This document shows, one piece after another, positions 26,500-34,180 of a stretch of DNA of 34,180 nucleotides (position 1 is its first letter; the number at the start of each line of letters is the position of its first letter). The notes beneath the pieces were generated by a model. The model ran no database searches, was not told the DNA's origin, and saw nothing but the letters and a program-made list of their open reading frames with translations. The translations under genes and the position numbers were made by a program. The DNA comes from Candidatus Methylomirabilia bacterium (GTDB taxonomy: Bacteria; Methylomirabilota; Methylomirabilia; Rokubacteriales; CSP1-6): assembly GCA_041492755.1 (NCBI GenBank), contig JBGPXN010000035.1, forward strand, positions 1 through 34,180, in the 5' to 3' direction.

Positions 26500-27741
26500 A
26501 TGCTGCACCTCGCCGCCTACGCGGCCTTGATCGTGTCCGCCATCGCCGTCGTGTTCCTGGCGCCCCTGGCGTCGGTGACCCCCGAGCGTCTGGCCGCGAC
26601 CATGGTCACCAACGCCGAGGCCCAGGGGGCCGGCAACCTCAAGTACATGGGGCTTGCCTCCTGCGCCGGTACGCAGTGCCATGCCCAGACGGCCCGCAAG
26701 GAGCCGCCGTACCTGAACGAGAACAAGATCTGGGAAGAGAAAGACCATCACTCCAAGGCCTACAAGACGCTCACCAAGGCCACGAAGAAGGCGAGCTCGC
26801 CCGAGATCGCCAAGAAGATGGGCATCGCGAAGGCGACCGAGAGCGACAAATGCCTGGTCTGCCACGCGGTGAACGTCAAGAAGGAGCTGCGCGGGCCGAA
26901 GTTCGACCTGACGGAAGGCGTGCACTGCGACGGGTGCCACGGCCCCGCCGAGAAGTGGCTCGAAGGCCACAAGGAAAAGGGCTGGACGCACGAGAAGTCG
27001 GTGTCGCTCGGCATGTACGACACCAAGAGCATGCTGCTGCGCGCGGACAAGTGCGTGTCCTGCCATCTGGCCATCGACGCCGACATGGTGGCCGCCGGTC
27101 ATCCCGAGCTGAACGCCTTCGAGCTGGCGACGTTCAGCCAGGACATGCCGCCGCACTGGCGCGACAAGGGCCAGTTCGCTCCCACCACGGTGTGGGCCAC
27201 CGGGCAGGTCGTCTCGTTGCGCGAGGCGGCCAAGCAGCTCGGCGAGCGCGCCAAGGGCACCGTGCCGCCCGAACGACTCGCTGAGGCCGCCGAGAAAGTG
27301 AAGGGCCACGGCGCGGTGGTGAAGTACATCTTCGTCGTCGTCGCCCCCGACGCCGCGAAGGCGCTCGAGACCGACCTGGCCGCCATCGGCGACGGCAAGG
27401 ACAAGGCGGCCGCCGGCGCCGCGGCGGGCAAGATTGTCGCCGCCGCCAACGCCAACGCCAAGAAGGTATCCGAGTTCAAGTACGACGGACCGACCACGCA
27501 GAAGCTGATGTCGGCCATCGCCACCGACGCCGAAGCGGTGTCGAAGTCCGGCTACCAGGGCGCCAACCAAGCCGCCATGGCGCTCGACCGCATGTACTCG
27601 GCCTACGCCGCCGGCAAGCCAGACAAGGCCGTGAATACGGCCCTCGACAAGCTGTTCGCCGGCATCGAAGACCCCAAGAAGTACGACGCCGGGAAATACG
27701 CGGCCGACTTGAAAGCGGTCGGCGGCGCGCTGCCGAAGTAG
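26500..27741 (+). CDS. Cytochrome c554-like tetraheme protein with a helical C-terminal domain
   Basis: GGAG RBS and signal/anchor peptide. Motifs YMGLASCAGTQCH, HSKAYKTL, CLVCH, EGVHCDGCHGP and CVSCH..AAGHP. Confidence 0.88.
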   Translation: MLHLAAYAALIVSAIAVVFLAPLASVTPERLAATMVTNAEAQGAGNLKYMGLASCAGTQCHAQTARKEPPYLNENKIWEEKDHHSKAYKTLTKATKKASSPEIAKKMGIAKATESDKCLVCHAVNVKKELRGPKFDLTEGVHCDGCHGPAEKWLEGHKEKGWTHEKSVSLGMYDTKSMLLRADKCVSCHLAIDADMVAAGHPELNAFELATFSQDMPPHWRDKGQFAPTTVWATGQVVSLREAAKQLGERAKGTVPPERLAEAAEKVKGHGAVVKYIFVVVAPDAAKALETDLAAIGDGKDKAAAGAAAGKIVAAANANAKKVSEFKYDGPTTQKLMSAIATDAEAVSKSGYQGANQAAMALDRMYSAYAAGKPDKAVNTALDKLFAGIEDPKKYDAGKYAADLKAVGGALPK

Positions 27742-27912
27742 CGACCGAGAATCCCGCCGAGGGCGGGGTGGGGCAGGGTCCGGGGCGAATAGTTGGCCCC
27801 CGGGGCCTGCCGCACCCCGCCCTCGTCCGTTTCCGGCGGCGCGTTGGGGGAGCTTCGTCGTCTCGGGCCTACCCTTCGGACCGCCGGCGCGCTGGCCGGT
27901 GGTGCGCGGAGT

Positions 27913-27942
27913 TTGACGTTCGCGGCGCGGTTCGGCTAGAGT
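27913..27942 (+). promoter_or_regulatory. Putative sigma70 promoter for ndh-gdh-GH63
   Basis: TTGACG (27913-27918), 18 nt spacer, TAGAGT (27937-27942), about 40 nt before the ATG. Confidence 0.45.
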
Positions 27943-27981
27943 GACGCGTCTTGAAGTATTGGCGCTTCGCGCTCGTGGGAA

Positions 27982-29631
27982 ATGATGGCTGAGTCGCGGC
28001 GCACGCGAATTCTGATTCTCGGCGGCGGCTTCGGCGGCGTGTACACCGCCATGCGGTTGGAGAAGCTGCTCGGGCGTGACCCGAGCGTCGAAGTCGGCCT
28101 CGTCAGCAAGGAAAACTACCTCGTCTTCCAGCCCATGCTCCCGGAAGTGATCTCGGGCAGCATCGGCATCCTCGACACGATCACGCCGATCCGGCGGCTC
28201 TGCCCGCACACGAATCTCTACAACCGGGCCGTGGAGACCATCGACCTCAAAGAGAAGGTCGTCACCACCAGCTCCGGCTTCCGGCCGCGGCCGTACTCGC
28301 TGCACTACGATCATCTCGTCGTCGCGCTCGGCACCATCACGAGCTTCGCCGGCCAGCCCGGGCTGCAGGAGCACGCGCTGCCCTTCAAGTACCTGGGCGA
28401 CGCGCTCGCGCTCCGTAACCGCGTCATCCATGCCATGGAGGAAGCCGACATCGAGAAGGACCCGGAGATCCGCCGGGCCCTGCTCACGTTCGTGGTGGCG
28501 GGTGGCGGGTTCTCGGGTGTCGAGGCGGTGGCCGAGGTCAACGACTTCGTCCGGAGCATCGCCAAGAGCTTCCGGAACATCGACCGGAACGAGATCAAGG
28601 TGATCCTGCTGCACAGCCGGGACCTGATTCTCCCGGAGCTTCCCGAGCCGCTCGCGCGCTTCGCCCAGGCCCAGCTGCAACGGCGCGGGGTCGAGATCCG
28701 CTTCAATTCCCGGCTCGCCGAGGCGACCGCCGACTACGCGATCTTCAAGAACGGTGATCGGATCGCGACCAAGACGTTGGTGAGCACGGTGCCGTCGGCG
28801 GCGCATCCCATCGTGGCCGAGCTGCCCATCGAGCGTGACCGCGGAGGCCGGATCGTCGTCGATCAGTATCTGCACGTGCAGGGCTTCGACGGCGTGTGGG
28901 CGCTCGGCGACTGCGCCGCCGTCCCGGACGGCACGTCGGGCGAGACGTGTCCGCCCACCGCGCAGCATGCCATTCGCCAGGGCGTCTGCGTGGCCGACAA
29001 CATCGTGGCGACCATCCGGAACCAGCCGAAGCGGGTTTTCGCGTTCAAGACCCTCGGGAAGCTGGCCGGGCTCGGCCAGCGGTCCGCCGTCGCCGAGATC
29101 CTCGGGGTCAAGATGTCGGGGCTGGTCGCCTGGTTCATGTGGCGCACGATCTACTGGTCGAAGATGCCCGGCCTCGATCGCAAGATCCGGGTCGCCGTCG
29201 ACTGGTTCCTCGACTTCTTCCTGCACCCGGACATCGTGCAGCTCAAGACGGAGCAGGCGCCGGGCGTGCGGCGGGAACACTTCGACAAGGACGAGGTCGT
29301 CTTCCACGAAGGTGATCGCGGCGACCGCCTGTACATCATCGTCGAGGGCGAGGTCGACGTGGTGCGGGAGGTCGACGGCCAACGCGAATCGCACCTGGCG
29401 ACGCTCGGTCCGGGCGCCTGCTTCGGCGAGGTCGCGCTGGTGGAAGACCGTCCGCGCAATGCGACGGTCCGCAGCCGCTCGAGCCTGAACGTCCTCACCG
29501 TCGACCGCCCGGCGTTCGAGCAGCTCTTTGCCCACCTGCCGCCGCTGCGCTCGATGTTCCAGCGCATGATCGACGAGCGCTCCCAGCGGCCGTCGTCCCC
29601 GCCGGCGCCGACCACGGACAAGGCGGGTTGA
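27982..29631 (+). CDS. ndh: Type II NAD(P)H:quinone oxidoreductase (NDH-2) fused to a C-terminal cNMP-binding domain
   Basis: Motifs ILGGGFGG, FQPML, YDHLVVALG, VAGGGFSGVE, WALGDCA and PTAQHAIRQG. cNMP domain FHEGDRGDRLYII...FGEVALVEDRPRNATV. Confidence 0.9.
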   Translation: MMAESRRTRILILGGGFGGVYTAMRLEKLLGRDPSVEVGLVSKENYLVFQPMLPEVISGSIGILDTITPIRRLCPHTNLYNRAVETIDLKEKVVTTSSGFRPRPYSLHYDHLVVALGTITSFAGQPGLQEHALPFKYLGDALALRNRVIHAMEEADIEKDPEIRRALLTFVVAGGGFSGVEAVAEVNDFVRSIAKSFRNIDRNEIKVILLHSRDLILPELPEPLARFAQAQLQRRGVEIRFNSRLAEATADYAIFKNGDRIATKTLVSTVPSAAHPIVAELPIERDRGGRIVVDQYLHVQGFDGVWALGDCAAVPDGTSGETCPPTAQHAIRQGVCVADNIVATIRNQPKRVFAFKTLGKLAGLGQRSAVAEILGVKMSGLVAWFMWRTIYWSKMPGLDRKIRVAVDWFLDFFLHPDIVQLKTEQAPGVRREHFDKDEVVFHEGDRGDRLYIIVEGEVDVVREVDGQRESHLATLGPGACFGEVALVEDRPRNATVRSRSSLNVLTVDRPAFEQLFAHLPPLRSMFQRMIDERSQRPSSPPAPTTDKAG

Positions 29632-29647
29632 CGGTGGGAACGTCCGG

Positions 29648-30454
29648 ATGAGCCGCCGGCCCCTCGAGGGCCAGCGGGCCCTGGTGACGGGCGCTTCCTC
29701 CGGGATCGGCGAAGGCATCGCCCGCTCGCTCGGCGCTGCCGGCGCCGCCGTCGTCGTCAACTACCGCTCGCAGCCCGAGGCGGCCGAACGGATCGCGGAA
29801 GAGATTCGCAAGCACGAGGTCGCGGCGATCGCCGTCGCCGCCGACGTGTCCCGGGAAGACCAGGTGGAGGCGATGTTCGCCACCGTCCTGGGGGCGTGGG
29901 GCACGATCGACATCCTGGTCAACAACGCCGGCGTGCAGCAGGACGCGGCGTTTACCGAGATGACGCTGGCGCAGTGGAACACCGTCATGAGCGTGAACCT
30001 CACCAGCATGTTCCTGTGCACGCGCGCGGCGGTGCGCGAGATGCTCCGCCGCGGCGTCCGGCCCGAGGTGTCGCGGGCGGCGGGCAAGATCATCTGCATC
30101 TCGTCGGTGCACGAGCTGATTCCGTGGGCCGGCCACGTCAACTACGCGGCCTCCAAGGGCGGCGTGCGTATGTTCATGCAGTCGCTTGCCCAGGAGCTGG
30201 CGCCCCGGCGCATCCGGGTGAACTCGATCGCGCCCGGCGCCATCCAGACCTCGATCAACCGCGACGCCTGGAAAACCGCCGCCGCGCGCGACCAACTTCT
30301 GAAGCTCATCCCGTACGGCCGCATCGGGGTGCCCGAGGACATCGGGCGCACGGCCGCGTGGCTGGCGTCCGACGACGCCGACTACATGACCGGACAGACC
30401 ATGTGCGTGGACGGCGGGATGACCCTCTATCCGGAGTTCGCCCATGGCGGGTAA
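29648..30454 (+). CDS. Short-chain dehydrogenase, glucose 1-dehydrogenase-like
   Basis: Motifs [26 protein letters not shown] and VDGGMTLYP, which resemble glucose 1-dehydrogenase signatures. Confidence 0.88.
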   Translation: MSRRPLEGQRALVTGASSGIGEGIARSLGAAGAAVVVNYRSQPEAAERIAEEIRKHEVAAIAVAADVSREDQVEAMFATVLGAWGTIDILVNNAGVQQDAAFTEMTLAQWNTVMSVNLTSMFLCTRAAVREMLRRGVRPEVSRAAGKIICISSVHELIPWAGHVNYAASKGGVRMFMQSLAQELAPRRIRVNSIAPGAIQTSINRDAWKTAAARDQLLKLIPYGRIGVPEDIGRTAAWLASDDADYMTGQTMCVDGGMTLYPEFAHGG

Positions 30455-30536
30455 ATCGCGCTCGACCGCGAGTCGGCCGAAGTCGCCGGCTCCAGGCAAA
30501 CAGCCCCCTAAACCCCAGGCAGTCAGAGGCGGTGCC

Positions 30537-33182
30537 ATGACAGAAGAGCAAAAGCGGCTGGCGGAAGCGGAGACGCGGACCGTCCACTGGAAGCGATGGG
30601 GACCGTACCTGTCGGATCGACAGTGGGGCACGGTGCGCGAGGACTACTCGGACTACGGCACCGCCTGGGACTACTTCCCGCACGACCACGCCCGCTCGCG
30701 CGTGTACCGATGGGGCGAGGACGGCCTGCTCGGAATCTCCGACAACCATCAGCGCCTCTGCTTCTCGCTGGCGCTCTGGAACGGCAAGGACGGGATCCTC
30801 AAGGAGCGGCTGTTCGGGCTCTCCGGTTCCGAGGGCAACCACGGCGAGGACGTCAAGGAGTACTACTTCTACCTCGACTCCACGCCGACGCACTCCTACA
30901 TGAAGGCGCTGTACAAGTATCCGCAGGCGGAGTTCCCGTACGGCCGGATCGCGCAGGAGAACCGGACCCGCGACCGCCGGCAGCCGGAGTTCGAGCTGCT
31001 GGAGACGGGCGTGTTCGACGACGACCGCTACTTCGACGTGTTCGTCGAGTACGCCAAGGCGACGCCCGAAGACATTTTTGTCCGTATCACCGCGGTCAAC
31101 CGGGGTCCCGAGCGCGCGAAGCTCGAGGTGCTGCCGACGTTGTGGTTCCGCAACACGTGGGGCTGGGACAAGGGCACGCAGGCGCCGCTCATCACCCGCG
31201 GCGGTAAAGTTGCCGGCGAGGTCTTCCTCCGCGCCGAGCACGAGGGGCTGGGCCGCCCGCGCCGGCTCTACTGCGAGGGCGACCCCGCGCTGCTCTTCAC
31301 CGACAACGAGACGAACCTGCGCCGACTCTACAACATCGAGAACACGCACATGTTCGTCAAGGACGGCTTCCACGACTACGTCATCAACGGCAGCGTGGTC
31401 GCCGTCAATCCCGTTCCCGAAGGCACCAAGGCCGCCGCCCACTACCGGTTCGACCTCGAGCCCGGCGAGGCGCGGGTCATCCGCCTACGCCTGACCGACC
31501 GCGAAGGGGACACCCCGCCCTTCGGCGCCGGCTTCGACCGCATCTTCGAGCAGCGCATCCAGGAAGCCGACGAGTTCTTCGACACCGTCATCCCGACCAA
31601 GCTCTCCGACGACGAGAAGCTCGTCATGCGGCAGGCCCTGGCCGGCATGCTGTGGTCCAAGCAGTGGTTCCACTACGACGTCCGTCGCTGGCTGGAAGGC
31701 GACCCCACCCAGCCGCCGCCGCCGGCGGCGCGCAAGCGGGGCCGGAACCGGGACTGGACGCACCTCTACAACGAGGACGTCATCTCGATGCCGGACAAGT
31801 GGGAGTACCCGTGGTATGCGGCGTGGGACCTCGCCTTCCACATGGTCACGTTCGCGATCATGGATCCCGACTTCGCGAAGGAGCAGCTCGCGCTGTTCCT
31901 GCGCGAGTGGTACATGCACCCGAACGGGCAGATCCCCGCCTACGAGTGGGCGTTCGGCGACGTCAACCCGCCCGTGCACGCCTGGGCGGCCTGGCGCGTC
32001 TACAAGATCGACAAGCGCGTGAGCGGCAAGGCCGACCGTGCCTTCCTCGAGCGATCGTTCCACAAGCTGCTGCTCAACTTCACCTGGTGGGTCAACCGCA
32101 AGGACCCCGAGGGCAAGAACGTCTTCCAGGGTGGCTTCCTCGGCCTGGACAACATCGGCGTGTTCGACCGCAGCGCCCCGCTGCCGACCGGCGGCTACAT
32201 CACCCAGTCGGACGGCACCGCGTGGGTGGGGATGTTCTGCCTGAACATGCTCGCCATCGCCCTCGAGCTGGCCAAGGAGAACCCGGTCTACGACGACGTG
32301 GCGTCCAAGTTCTTCGAGCACTTCGCCTACATCGCGCACGCGAGCAACAACATCGCGGGCGAGGGCGTGGAGCTGTGGAACCGGGAGGACGGCTTTTTCT
32401 ACGACGTCCTGCACCTCAGCGACGGCCGCATCCATCCCCTGCGCCTGCGCTCGATGGTCGGCCTCATCCCGCTGTTCGCGGTGGAGATCCTCGAGCCCGA
32501 GGTCATGAAGACCCTGCCCAAGTTCTCGCGGCGCCTGGCCTGGTTCCTGGAGAACCGGCCCGAGCTGCAGAACAACGTGGTGAAGCAATCGACGCCGGAG
32601 GGGGACGTGCGCCGGCTACTCTCGCTCATCAACGGCCCGCGGTTGGCGAGCGCGCTCCGCTACATGCTCGACGAGAACGAGTTCCTCTCCGCGTACGGCA
32701 TCCGGGCCATGTCGCGCATTCACCGGGACAACCCGTACATCCTGCGCGTCGACGGTCACGAGCACCGGGTCGACTACGAGCCGGCGGAGTCGTCGACCGG
32801 CCTCTTCGGCGGCAACTCCAACTGGCGGGGTCCCATCTGGTTCCCGGTCAACTTCCTGCTCGTGGAAGCGCTGCAGAAGTTCGATCACTTCTACGGCCAG
32901 CGCTTCCAGGTCGAGTACCCGACCGGCTCCGGGAAGCTTCTCACCCTGTGGGACGTGGCGGCCGAGGTCTCCCGGCGCCTGACGCGGATCTTCCTCCGCG
33001 ACGTCGACGGCCACCGGCCCGTCCACGGGTCGGCCGACAAGTTCCAGAACGACCCGCACTGGCGTGACCTGATCCTCTTCTACGAGTACTTCCACGGCGA
33101 CAACGGCGCCGGCATCGGCGCCAGCCACCAGACGGGCTGGACCGGCCTGGTCGCCAAGCTCCTGCAGCAGTCCGGAGGGTAG
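30537..33182 (+). CDS. MGH1-like / GH63-family glycoside hydrolase (glucosidase)
   Basis: Motifs [53 protein letters not shown] and [21 protein letters not shown]. An alternative start is at 30444. Confidence 0.9.
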   Translation: MTEEQKRLAEAETRTVHWKRWGPYLSDRQWGTVREDYSDYGTAWDYFPHDHARSRVYRWGEDGLLGISDNHQRLCFSLALWNGKDGILKERLFGLSGSEGNHGEDVKEYYFYLDSTPTHSYMKALYKYPQAEFPYGRIAQENRTRDRRQPEFELLETGVFDDDRYFDVFVEYAKATPEDIFVRITAVNRGPERAKLEVLPTLWFRNTWGWDKGTQAPLITRGGKVAGEVFLRAEHEGLGRPRRLYCEGDPALLFTDNETNLRRLYNIENTHMFVKDGFHDYVINGSVVAVNPVPEGTKAAAHYRFDLEPGEARVIRLRLTDREGDTPPFGAGFDRIFEQRIQEADEFFDTVIPTKLSDDEKLVMRQALAGMLWSKQWFHYDVRRWLEGDPTQPPPPAARKRGRNRDWTHLYNEDVISMPDKWEYPWYAAWDLAFHMVTFAIMDPDFAKEQLALFLREWYMHPNGQIPAYEWAFGDVNPPVHAWAAWRVYKIDKRVSGKADRAFLERSFHKLLLNFTWWVNRKDPEGKNVFQGGFLGLDNIGVFDRSAPLPTGGYITQSDGTAWVGMFCLNMLAIALELAKENPVYDDVASKFFEHFAYIAHASNNIAGEGVELWNREDGFFYDVLHLSDGRIHPLRLRSMVGLIPLFAVEILEPEVMKTLPKFSRRLAWFLENRPELQNNVVKQSTPEGDVRRLLSLINGPRLASALRYMLDENEFLSAYGIRAMSRIHRDNPYILRVDGHEHRVDYEPAESSTGLFGGNSNWRGPIWFPVNFLLVEALQKFDHFYGQRFQVEYPTGSGKLLTLWDVAAEVSRRLTRIFLRDVDGHRPVHGSADKFQNDPHWRDLILFYEYFHGDNGAGIGASHQTGWTGLVAKLLQQSGG

Positions 33183-33290
33183 CGGGTCGAGCACTCGTGC
33201 ACGCCGCTCGCCGGACCGCGGGTCCTGTCACCGGTGTGGCCTCTGCCAGCCAGCCTCCGCACCCGCTCGCCTCAGTGGGTGTGAGGGAAT

Positions 33291-33381
33291 TCGAGGCGCG
33301 CCACGGCTCCGCCGGGGCGCGCCGAGCGCGGGGGGGTATCGAGGAGCGTCACGGGTTCCCCGGGGCGCTCCGAGCGTGGGG
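33291..33381 (-). repeat. Two tandem REP-like palindromic units
   Basis: Minus strand CCCCACGCTCGGAGCGCCCCGGGGAACCCGTGACGCTCCTCGA followed by TACCCCCCCGCGCTCGGCGCGCCCCGGCGGAGCCGTGGCGCGCCTCGA. Both match the 3' half of the 10889-10963 element. Confidence 0.75.
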
Positions 33382-33382
33382 A

Positions 33383-34180
33383 CCTCCTATGGGCTCGTCA
33401 AGCATTTTTCGGAGCCCGCTCACGCCGTCTGCCGCAGATGCTGCCGCGCCATGGTCGCCAGATGGTAGGTCTCGTCGTAGGCGACCCGGCGGCGCCACAG
33501 CGCGAAAATGATCTTGAGCCACTTGGCGGCGAGCACGCGGAGGGCGTGGTGATGATGATGGCCGCGCTGGCGGCACCGATCGTAGGCGGCGCGGGCCCAC
33601 TCGCTGGTCGTCAGCGAGTGCAGGGCGAACTGCTGCATGGCGTCGCGCAGGTGGGCGTTGCAGGCAAAGCGGAACCGGACGATCAGCTGCTTGCCGCTCC
33701 GGTCCGTGACCGGCACGGCGCCGGCATGGCCCTGGAGATGCTGGAAGCTCTCCCAGCGGCCGGCGGCGTCGCCGAGCTCGGCGTACAGCCGCGGCACGGT
33801 CGTCCCGCTCCGGCCGCCCGGCAGGGAGGTCGCCCACTCAGCCGCCGGCATGCGGGCGAAAAAATCGGCAATGACCTCGCGATAGGTGTCGACGGCGGCC
33901 ACCGTGACGCCGAGCTGCTCGAGCCGTGCCCCCACGAGCCGCGTGTGGACCCGCACGACATGGGCCGGGACCGGCAACTGCGGGCGCTGGATCAGGGCCC
34001 ACAGCTCTGTGGTCCGCTCGGCCCGGAGCCGATGCGCGCGCGCCCACCGCTGCCACGGGCGCTCCGTCAGGGGCGTCAGCGCGTCCGGCGTCGGATAGTC
34101 CCGCAGGAAGGCCTGGCCCCACCGGCTCTTGAGGTCGTCCACGACCTCCAGCGCCCGCGGGTAGTACGCCTTGAGGGCGG
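33383..34180 (-). mobile_element. IS110-family insertion sequence, right portion
   Basis: Transposase C-terminus plus a short right end containing TTGACG (33401-33396) followed by AGCCCATAGGAG. The boundary is approximate. Confidence 0.75.
33420..34180 (-). CDS. IS110-family transposase/recombinase, 5' truncated by the window edge
   Basis: YP.AL...FL..YPTP, SLPG, ELGD..R and AGAVPVTDRSGK (catalytic Ser SG motif), CN..LR, then WARAAYDR...HALRVLA.KW..II. The frame is open to the window end. Confidence 0.9.
   Translation of the reverse strand, partial: ALKAYYPRALEVVDDLKSRWGQAFLRDYPTPDALTPLTERPWQRWARAHRLRAERTTELWALIQRPQLPVPAHVVRVHTRLVGARLEQLGVTVAAVDTYREVIADFFARMPAAEWATSLPGGRSGTTVPRLYAELGDAAGRWESFQHLQGHAGAVPVTDRSGKQLIVRFRFACNAHLRDAMQQFALHSLTTSEWARAAYDRCRQRGHHHHHALRVLAAKWLKIIFALWRRRVAYDETYHLATMARQHLRQTA

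Noticed and set aside
27753..27770. Hairpin CCCGCC-GAG-GGCGGG after the tetraheme gene as an intrinsic terminator
   Set aside because: The stem is short and has no U-tract, so support is insufficient in GC-rich DNA.
26362..29760. 1132-aa minus-strand ORF
   Set aside because: Antisense to the c554-like and ndh genes, with no recognisable motifs. Typical high-GC shadow ORF.
1..34180. tRNA, rRNA, riboswitch or selenocysteine recoding
   Set aside because: No recognisable RNA-gene signatures were seen by eye, and the redox genes have no in-frame TGA. A covariance-model search was not possible.

Overview
High-GC bacterial window. The REP-like GC palindromes and gene style suggest Ca. Rokubacteria/Methylomirabilota, but that is inference only. 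Left arm: citrate synthase (5' truncated), a GT2, an internally deleted Gfo/Idh/MocA remnant, a Ser/Ser DapF, a pseudo-receiver gene divergent from an orphan R-M-type controller (C) gene with a C-box, a cNMP-HDOD protein, and an rpiA-zwf-opcA-pgl-glk cluster. The centre (about 11.0-29.6 kb) is a divergently transcribed redox locus. Its minus-strand operon encodes a NuoEF-like flavoprotein, a NuoG-N/2x cNMP/four-cluster Fe-S fusion with no catalytic domain, a predicted di-heme-b membrane protein, a membrane-anchored decaheme cytochrome c, and a secreted FG-GAP propeller with tandem GlcG/HbpS domains. Its plus-strand operon encodes an outer-membrane beta-barrel, a 1338-aa roughly 10-heme cytochrome with LVIVD repeats, and a c554-like tetraheme protein. 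These are followed by an NDH-2-cNMP fusion, a glucose-1-dehydrogenase-like SDR and a GH63/MGH1-like hydrolase. The best candidate for an undescribed system is an NAD(P)H-linked, cyclic-nucleotide-modulated electron conduit spanning the cell envelope (22 CXXCH plus 2 CX4CH motifs). The right end holds the 3' part of an IS110 transposase abutting REP-like repeats.
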